NCBI GenBank assembly: GCA_964016885.1
Contig: OZ024741.1
Span: 91,140,001-91,204,000, forward strand
DNA length: 64,000 nucleotides
Source of the DNA: Eledone cirrhosa
Taxonomy: Eukaryota
Direction of reading: 5' to 3'
Shown here: piece after piece, positions 54,855 through 64,000 of the stretch
How the letters are laid out: each line of letters begins with the position of its first letter
Position numbering within the stretch: position 1 is the stretch's first letter
Made by a program: the position numbers and the translations under genes
The notes under the pieces: generated by a model
What the model saw: the letters and a program-made list of their open reading frames with translations, nothing else
Database searches by the model: none
Told to the model about the DNA's origin: nothing

Positions 54855-55443
54855 GTGAGTTTAAATAATTCCATATACTGTTTTGGTTACAGGATATGAA
54901 CCACTAATCTATCAACATTTCTATTCTTTTGATTTCATCATCATCATCCTCATCATTTTACGTCCACTTTTCCCTGCTTGCAAGGGTGGGACGGGAACTG
55001 ATTCTGGCTTGATTTCTACAGCTGGATGCTCTTTCTAACACCAACCTCATTTACAGTGAGTGCTGGGTGCTTTTTTTCCGTGGCACCTCGACGACCACTT
55101 TGCAGTGGAATGATATGGACCCCAGTCCCTATCATCTCATTTCTACAGTTGAGTAAACTGGAGCAATGGGAAATAAAGTGTCTTGCTCAAGGAAACAACA
55201 CATCACCCGGTCTGAGAATTGAACTCACAACCTTTCGATTGCAAAGCCAATGCTCTAACCACTAAGTCATGTGCCTCCATTTACAAGTACAAATAATTTT
55301 TGCCAAATGAGTAGACTGGAGCAATGTGAAATAAAGTGCCTTTTTCAAAGAAACCAATGCACCACCAGGAATAGAACTCACTAAGCTACATGCCTTCACT
55401 CTGAGCCACTATAATCTAGCAGTGTATCTCTGTTTTATTGTAG

Positions 55444-55565
55444 CAAGGATCCAGTGCTGTTACAATGGTCAATTGCCACTGATTGTTTCTCTAATGCAAG
55501 TTTACAAACGCTACCAGAAACTGGAAGGAGAAGAATTATTTGTGATTGGCTTTGAGGTATTTCAG
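55444..55565 (+). CDS. Calpain exon 9 (CBSW)
   Basis: ARIQCCYNGQLPLIVSLMQVYKRYQKLEGEELFVIGFEVFQ; IVSLMQ and IGFxVF motifs. Phase 1/0. Confidence 0.9.
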
Positions 55566-55692
55566 GTAAACCAAATTTATACCAGTTTGTCAGTATTTAT
55601 TTAAAGAAAACTTTTTAACTGCACAAATCTGAGTCTGAGAAGAATTTCTAATGGTTATTTTAAACATTTTATGAGTGTTTTAAGTCTTTTAA

Positions 55693-55909
55693 CCCTTTAG
55701 CATTTAAACCGGCCATATCTAACCAAAATTCTCTCACCTCTTTCTGTTCAAACCAGCTATAACTGGCTGCTCATACTTATGTTAAAGTATTGTTCTCAAA
55801 ATAAATAATATCAAAATCTTGTAAATTCGATATGTGAGATATTACGTAAGATAAAGTCTTTACCACAAAAATACAATAGTAAATATAGATTAATATAAAT
55901 GCTAAAGGG
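55693..55909 (-). mobile_element. piggyBac-type MITE (same family)
   Basis: TTAA|CCCTTTAGCATTTA...TAAATGCTAAAGGG|TTAA, opposite orientation. Confidence 0.85.
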
Positions 55910-57374
55910 TTAATCATAATTTAACATCTCAGTGAATGTAATATTTAACAACAAAATATAAACTTATTGCATAAAATTAGATTTAAAATAACACAAAAAG
56001 GATCAACTACATTAAAATAATCACTGCATTCTGTGCAGCTTATTTTCTAATTGAAAACAGTGATAGGTAGATAAAAAGTGCAAAATACTAGTCTACAGTA
56101 TTTAATTTCATTTGTTTATTTATCAGGATTACATTTTAAAAATTACTACATTTTTACAGTTTTTGGTTGTAGTGTCATTTCTTCAACTTTAACTTCATTA
56201 CAGTTTGAACAGCTCACAACTACAAAATGTACCTGTGCTTTGTCAACTATTTAAGGCCTACTATTAACTGATATTTAAAGAGTTCAAAACTTTATATTGA
56301 TTTTGTGACTGAATTTCTAAGGAAATACACTCTACTTTTAATTAATGAAGAATTTTGAGAGATTTACTAAATTTTTAGTTATTTCATTACTATGGTAATA
56401 ACTTAACGTTTGATTCTTATATAAAACTATGCTGGAAGATTTTAATTTAAATAGGAACCCTTTAAAATGTGTGATTTTGTTTCATCAGCAGGTTAGTATC
56501 AAAAAGGTTAATCCAAAAATATTCAACTATTTTAGGTGGTGGTTTTCTTGGTGGCCAAATTTCCCTACCATATTTTTAAAGCTAGGGTTGGTATTAAAGA
56601 GAAAAACAATTTCAACTAATCTTAGACTTTTACAAAAATACGTCCAATTTTCTTCTGATATTGGTTTTCTAGGATGTCTGAGTCACATCCCGTTAATTTT
56701 GTTCATTCAAAACCCCAATGGTGTAATACGAAAAACAAAAATATATTTCAAAGCCTGAACTGGAGGAAGACATCTCAACAATACCAAGTGTTTCATCTTT
56801 ATAAAGTGTATCAGTGCCAAGTCCATCTGGGATAGCTCATCTGTCTTTTAGTTGTTTATCTATAGTTGTCACAGACATGAAGAAAAAAGGAATTAGTTTA
56901 ACTTGAACATATGCCTAATTTGAACATATGCCTAGTCAGGAATTTACCTCTACTCTACAATGTCCACAATCTTTAAATGTTAATCATTCAAAAGAAAACA
57001 ATGTCTGAGTAATATTTTTTCTTTCTTGTGGAGTCCATAGAGTGGTTGTGAAAGGATTTGTGAGGCTCACGATGTGAATGCTTCTTTCTTGGTCCCTTCA
57101 ACATATTTGATTGAGAGACAGAAAGAAACACTCTCAGCACCAGCACCTGACTGATACTTTATTCATCAATCTCAAAGGAATGAAAAGAAAAGTTGATTTC
57201 AGTGGGATTTGAACTTAGAGCATAGAAAGCCAAGAAAAATATTGCAGGGCCTTTTATTCACTGCTTTAATGACTCTGCCAATTTAAGGCAATGTTTAAGT
57301 AATAACAATCCCCCCCCCCCCTCTTATCTGAGCAGTAATGAACATTGATACTTCTCACTATATATTTCTTTCAG

Positions 57375-57592
57375 CTTCAAAACTCATTGGATATTCCAGT
57401 TGGGAAAACATTCTTTGATAACACAGATCCATTAATGCCAGAAAATGAAGAAACATATGCAGAGTATAGAGAAACAACTTGTCGTTTCTATCTCGATCCT
57501 GGTTTCTATTTATTAGTTCCATCAACACAATTCCCTGATTTGTCACGAGAATATCTGCTACGTTTATATTCTGTCAGTCAGATGGATTGGAA
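57375..57592 (+). CDS. Calpain exon 10 (CBSW end)
   Basis: LQNSLDIPVGKTFFDNTDPLMPENEETYAEYRETTCRFYLDPGFYLLVPSTQFPDLSREYLLRLYSVSQMDW; RE...RF.L.PG.Y..VPST...LLR.YS motif. GTGAGT donor at 57593, phase 2. Confidence 0.92.
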
Positions 57593-59021
57593 GTGAGTTA
57601 TAATTCAGCATATTGAACATTTTTTTTTAGCAATTTAGTTTAGTTAGTTTTAGTATTCATTATTCACACACAAAGTACAAGCACTATAACACGAAAAGTA
57701 AAAGTAGTGAGAGACCAGTGGTTACTATTCTTGTGATCAAATGAAGACAATAGAGGGTTTGAGAGTAACCGTCAGTCTGAATAACTATGTTACAATGTCT
57801 AGTGCTGGTGCCACAATAAAATGCATCCAGCACACCCTGTAAAGTGTTAGTGCTGGTGTCATGAAAAAACACATCCAGTACATCATCATCATCATCGTCG
57901 TTTAACGAGTAGACTCTGTTAAATATATATATTAATGGATTTTCCACCAGATCCCAACAATATTCCAGTTTTTCAAGGGCAGGACCAACTCATAAAATTA
58001 GCTGAAATTTCTACAAACATGTATTCTTTAGTACAATACTCAGAGGGATTGTGTAACATAGCAATGGGACACAGTGGGAGAGTGTTAACAGCCCTATGTG
58101 CATGTGTTAGTTTAGATTAGACCCCATAACTTATTGGACCATTGATTGCCTCTCAAATATTTTAATTTCTTGCAATATAAAATCACTCAAGCTAATGAGA
58201 GAGCCTCTATGTAGTTATTTGAGCTGCTCAAAATAACAGCCAAAATCTTTAAATCACACCCTGCGGTCTTAGCATAGAAAGATACATTGCATCATGTAAT
58301 TGCAATAACACTGTATCTTAACAAAATATGGGATGATTAAGGCTTGAACACTTTTGGCCACAAGTATATTTAACTGGAGCTGATCTAGGGCTAAACAAGG
58401 GCATCATTGCTTTTTATTTATAATGAATGATATTTAGTGAATATACAGCTGGCTATTTGGGAATTAAAAATCTAGGCTGTTATTTTGAGAGCTGTTGGAT
58501 GCAAACCATTGTTTGTTCAATTGTTCTGCACCATGTCTATTCAGCAAGAGGATGCATAGATAAATTGTTTAAAAAAATGTAAGTTAGGCATGGCCAGGGC
58601 CAATACTAGTCAAAACCTATCAAAGTTATCAAAGTTTATTACAAATGTAAGTATTTGTTTCTATATATAAATTTCTGTGATTTTGTCACAACACGTAAAG
58701 AGAGAGGAGTAGTTTCACTACCTCATACTACTCCTCTCTCTTTACGTCTGCTGCTGGCATGAATGTATGTGTGTGTAAAAGGAAGGCAGGGGATGGTGAA
58801 AAAACTATAGCAAAATAGTGGCTGGCATTCCATTTGTTATGCTGTGTGTATGTGTTTGTGTGAATGTATGTCTGAGTGTGTATTTTTGTAAGTGTGTCTG
58901 TGTTTGCAAGTTCATATTTATATACTCATACATATAAATGTATGCAAATGCACATACACACACATGCATCAGCATGTTGAAAAAAATTCTAGTATTGAAT
59001 ACTTTCTGTTGCAATTTTCAG

Positions 59022-59055
59022 GTGTCTTGGTAATTCCCTGTGTCCATTAGACTGA
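59022..59055 (+). CDS. Calpain putative last coding exon
   Basis: aattttcAG acceptor in matching phase 2 gives KCLGNSLCPLD* (TGA 59053-59055). Summed exons are 1557 nt = 518 aa plus stop. Confidence 0.6.
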
Positions 59056-59522
59056 AAGAAATTACGTATGAGACTGACTTGTCAAACAGTAATAATGATG
59101 TTATCAGGAACTAATGGCATTAAGAAAAAATTGGCAAACATATTTCATAACAATGAGAATCTGTGAATGTTGCTCTGGTCTTAGAAGGAAACTACATGTA
59201 TTAATTTGGTTTATTTTGTTTTTAGAACAATAATTTACCATTTCCCTCTCATAAAATCTTTTATCAATTTCTTTAGATAATCTTTGAAACTATTCCAAAT
59301 TTGGTCTCTACCAAAAAACATAAAGTTGATTTTTTAACAGACCATCTTTAAAGATTCCTTTCTAATGTATTCTTTTATATACTAGCTGTAATACTGTTTT
59401 TTTTAAAAATGAAGTTATTAAACGATTTGTTAATGTGGATATTGTTAATGTTGATGACTTTATTTTTGTCTGTTTGGAATATCTATGATAATATTTTCAT
59501 ATTTACTATGAATTTGTAATGT

Positions 59523-59809
59523 GTACACACACACACACACACACACGCGCGCACACACACACGCACACACACGCACACAAACACACACACACACACACAC
59601 ACGCACGCACACACACAAACACACACAAACGCATACACACACACACGCACATACACGCACACACGCACGCACACAAACACACACACACACACACACACGC
59701 ACGCACACACACGCACACAAACACACACACAAACGCACGCACGCACACACGAACACACACACACACACACACACGCACACACACACACACATACACACAC
59801 ACACACACA
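59523..59809. repeat. Compound (CA)n/(CG) microsatellite
   Basis: Direct inspection. Other long arrays: (CA)n 21258-21345 and 60568-60718; (TA)n 25557-25670, 53077-53138 and 61412-61476; (GT)n 63887-63946. Confidence 0.95.
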
Positions 59810-60564
59810 AATGAGTTTAAATTTGATGGTTCACCAATGAGTAGAATTGGCCATTCTACAATGTTAACCATGATGTAATAGTAGGAAAGCACTCGATGTT
59901 ACTCAACTCATCCATCTTTGATGTTGAATCCTGCTGGTGGTGCGGGAATGGAGTTAAATATATTATAAAGTAAAATGACAGGAGGCCGGACAGGTTGAAT
60001 TCCTTCAATTAATTATTTCTGCAAACACTATGCACATTTCAGTGGCCAGATTACATAAAAACCTGGTGATATCATCAGGTGTATATTGCATAATAGTTAT
60101 ATACCAAAGGAATGATAGTAAACACATTCTAAGAGGCTTTAAGGAAAAAAGTAGAGAAGAAAAAATGTGTTTTTTGGTTTTTGACTCAAAGGTGATCGTA
60201 GTAGCCTGTTGTTGTCAGTTTGGTTAAGAGATTAGGAGGCAGGGGCATGTGGTCCTGTCCTCGAAGCAACAGTAAAGAATGTTAGATCGTCAGATATAGC
60301 AATGGTTAAATTTTTCAATGACTTTACATTTAGATTTAATTCATTGGTATAGATGTGAAATATTTGTTGGTTGATGTGTCTATTTTAGTAGGAGCTGTTT
60401 GGAGGAAGTGGCTATTTGTATGTATGTGTCAGGGTGTGCAAATTGTAGCTCAAACGACTCAGTGCAATCCACATATGTAACATATATATATATTTTTTGT
60501 AATATAAAAAAGCAATTTTATTTGTCAGTATAACCGTCATCATAGTATTACAAATAAAAGAGAA

Positions 60565-60709
<145 letters not shown>

Positions 60710-60861
60710 ACACACACATGTAATACACACATCTAGGACCACATACAACAAAAGGCAGGCGAAAAGGGTGGACAACCGAGCCGCTACCAGAGCAAAAGAT
60801 AACTGCATCGCAAAGAGCACTGGAAAACTCTTCATTGAGCCACAAAGTGACCCGTTGCAAA

Positions 60862-60893
<32 letters not shown>

Positions 60894-60903
60894 GTATGTA
60901 AAC

Positions 60904-60957
<54 letters not shown>

Positions 60958-60959
60958 GT

Positions 60960-61409
60960 GAGGCTTTTTTTACAAAATGAAAAATAACCGAGGTGTCCTA
61001 CACGAGTGAAAGTATAAAGAAAAAAAGATGAAATCGAAAATGCAACTGGAGTCTTATTTTTAAAAAAAATATATATATTTATTTGGTTCCTTTACCGGTT
61101 TCGCAGTTCTTCTGCTTTTCAAAAGTAGAGTTGAGATGGAGGGTCTGTGGTTTTTCTCACATCTGTATGGACACTTGTGGATAGAAATGTATGTAGGATG
61201 TATGTTGATGTAGGTATGTATGTGGACGTGTGTATGCTGTGGGTTCGTCTTAGGGAGAAGTGTTTAGACGGGGTCCGTATTTGTTAATAAAGTGAGATTC
61301 CTTGGTGATGCGCTGGGTGTGGGTGGCATTATCTTTAAATTTGTAGAGGGGAAAGATTCTAAAGTTGGGATGATTTTGGGCGGCACAGGTATCAATGTGT
61401 TCACTCAGC

Positions 61410-61411
<2 letters not shown>
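60960..61411 (-). mobile_element. Penelope-like element 3' fragment (GIY-YIG C-terminus + pLTR)
   Basis: 61411..61250(-) reads PLSEHIDTCAAQNHPNFRIFPLYKFKDNATHTQRITKESHFINKYGPRLNTSP*, resembling the H...R..KE...I.....P.LN end of PLE GIY-YIG endonucleases. Followed by a variant minimal hammerhead; flanked by (TA)n. Confidence 0.7.
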
Positions 61412-61479
<68 letters not shown>

Positions 61480-61706
61480 AAAAAACAAAGAAAAAGATTG
61501 AATAAGGTTCTTAACTAATTTAATGTCTTACAGTCAGTTATTTCGGCGTTGCCACCGATTATTACACAGTTAGTGAAAAGGATGAAAAATAAATGTATAA
61601 CATATGTAAAATAAAATTTGCAAAACCTCTTCATTGAATCATGTACTCTGCTATCTACTATAGTCCTATAGGGCTCTCCACATACAAATAGTTATATTTT
61701 TACCCT

Positions 61707-61766
<60 letters not shown>

Positions 61767-61768
<2 letters not shown>

Positions 61769-62377
61769 TAAAACATGTCTATAGAATCACCAGATAAAAT
61801 ATATACCATTTCCTTTCCCAATTAGCATAATTAACCATATACAAAATCGATCAGACCAAGCTATAAGAATAAAGGCTTCTATGAAGAAATCTCCGACAAA
61901 TAACCGAAAGCAGCTAATCACATTCTTTCTAACGTGACCGCTGCTACGTCACGATTCTTAGCCATTTTTGAATGCATTCTTGGCGCGATCACTTTGGAAA
62001 ATTTATTGTCTAAATTTGAGCTAACTTCCTGAAGAGTCCGGTGCTCTAGATGTCCGATATTATCGGATATCTTAAAATGCGGACGAAACCATGGTAGAGG
62101 TAACTAAATATGTTCACTTTTCTCCGAGTTTATTTTACACCTAATTCTGTTTAGTTGACTGTATATCTGAGCGATTTATACACGCTGTCGAAATACTCGA
62201 TAAATACTCCGTCGCAACCGACGCGAAGGGCTGCTTTCGGTTATTTGTCGGAGATTTCTTCATAGAAGCCTTTATTCTTATAGCTTGGTCTAATTGATTT
62301 TTTATATGGTTATTTATGCTAATTGGGAGAGGAAATGGTATATATTTTATCTGGTGATTCTATAGACATGTTTTATG
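61767..62377. repeat. 148-bp inverted repeat enclosing the hammerhead-bearing segment
   Basis: 61767-61914 is the reverse complement of 62230-62377 with a few mismatches; TA repeats lie outside both arms. Confidence 0.9.
62024..62101 (+). ncRNA. Type I hammerhead ribozyme, intact core
   Basis: Stem I ACUUC/GAGGU; CUGAAGA at 62029-62035; stem II GUCCG/CGGAC with an extra hairpin; GAAA at 62085-62088; palindromic stem III ACCAUGGU; GUA cleavage triplet ending at 62096. Confidence 0.8.
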
Positions 62378-62481
62378 ATATATAGCTCTGATTATTTAAT
62401 TTATTAACTCTTCATTGAGCCACAAAGTGACCCGTTGCAAAACACACACACACACATATATATATATATATGTATGTAAAC

Positions 62482-62527
<46 letters not shown>

Positions 62528-63185
62528 GTGAGGCTTTTTTTACAAAATGAAAAATAACCGAGGTGTCCTACACGAGTGAAAGTATAAAGAAAAAAAGATG
62601 AAATCGAAAATGCAACTGGAGTCTTATTTTTTTAAAAAATATATATATTTATTTGGTTCTTTTACCGGTTTCGCAGTTCTTCTGCTTTTCAAAAGTAGAG
62701 TTGAGATGGAGGGTCTGTGGTTTTTCTCACATCTGTATATATATATATGTATGTATAGTATATTTGGTAATATACCGTATGTTTAATTAAAAACATTTAG
62801 AAGACCATACACTATCAGTTTTAAAGCAGTGACTATATCACTTACTTCTTGTCGGCGAAAGAAGGGAAGAAGCTGGTTGGCGTTCATCAGAGCCACGTAC
62901 TCCCCTGCTTCCACCGAAAATGATAGAAGCTGGATTCTTATAGAATTCCAGTAATAATCAGGAGCTGATTATACAGAGCGAGTGCCGGTCCAGCAAAATT
63001 AAAAAATTAGGATAGGTGCTCTGGAATAGCGATATATACAATGTATATATAGTGTATTTGGCAACATACCGTATGTTTAATTAAAAACATTTAGAAGACC
63101 ATACGCTATCAGTTTTAAAGTAGTGACTATGTCACTTACTTCTTTTCGGCGAAAGAAGGGAGAGAAGCTGACAGTCTGTTTCACG

Positions 63186-63229
<44 letters not shown>

Positions 63230-63881
63230 ATGATATTAATAAATGGAAACTATATTTATAAAACCATATTTATTATATTATATATAGTTTCCATTTATTA
63301 ATATCATTGATATTATACTCCAGAAAAAAATCTATAGAGTGCTTTGAATCTGTTATAAATAAATTTGTTGAATAACCAACAAATTAAATATCTCTTTGCT
63401 TATATATATGTATAATAGTGAAAGAGTGAAGAATAACATGGTCGGCTGTACAAAAACGGTTTTATTTAACAATTGTTTCATTGATCAGGTGAGTCTAAAG
63501 GCCGCTAATCACTCGAAATTGCGTCACTACGACCTTAAATACAGTGTGTGTCGCTGATCAAATCATCGAAATACTGGAGGTTGTAACACATGGCATTGGT
63601 ATTTATAGATACATCGGAGAATCAAAACAATAACATATATATATATATAATTATTTCTCTGTCTGTCTGTCTGTCTGTCTGTCTGTTTCCTATGCATTCT
63701 CAAACGGTTCGACCAAATCAAATCAAATTTTACAAGACCCCGGGAGTGTCAACATGTAATTTTTATTTTCATTTCGATGAAAACAATATAACATTTTATC
63801 TAAAATAATGTTTCTATAGTGAATTAAAGGGCATTTATACCACGAGGACGACGACGTCCCATTTTGTATATGAGAGTGTAT

Positions 63882-63950
<69 letters not shown>

Positions 63951-64000
63951 TTCGTTACGTACGTTAGGCCTCTGAGAATTAAACATACACACACACATCT

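Noticed and set aside
58714-58726. let-7 gene on the minus strand (TGAGGTAGT)
   Set aside because: Only 9 nt match, the rest of mature let-7 is absent, and the match lies in the hairpin loop rather than an arm.
61515-61640. Hammerhead-like AUGAAGA...GAAA on the minus strand (similar traces at ~17045-17075)
   Set aside because: The core is mutated and stems I and III do not pair convincingly; too degraded to call.

Overview
AT-rich, microsatellite- and transposon-dense animal genomic DNA. The SINE/RTE repertoire suggests a coleoid cephalopod such as Octopus (inference). Two intron-containing host genes lie on the + strand. The first is the last three coding exons of HEATR3 (4774-8351). The second is a complete 11-exon, 518-aa calpain (21077-59055) reconstructed from GT-AG boundaries with consistent phases; it has an N-terminal MGC acylation motif, an intact Cys/His/Asn triad, a CBSW domain and no penta-EF-hand domain. 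The rest is mobile DNA: RTE LINEs whose reverse transcriptase carries an inserted PHD-type zinc finger, R4/Dong-like elements nested in (TAA)n and (TACA)n microsatellites, a near full-length Tx1-clade L1 ending in (TTC)28, a solo LTR, piggyBac- and Tc1/mariner-type MITEs, tRNA-derived SINEs, and Penelope-like fragments. Several hammerhead ribozyme motifs with palindromic stem III are associated with these fragments or their setting: two have intact cores, one is split across a tandem repeat, and several are degenerate. A ~3.2-kb inverted duplication copies calpain exon 2 and brackets exon 1. All calls were made by reading the sequence; no database searches were run.
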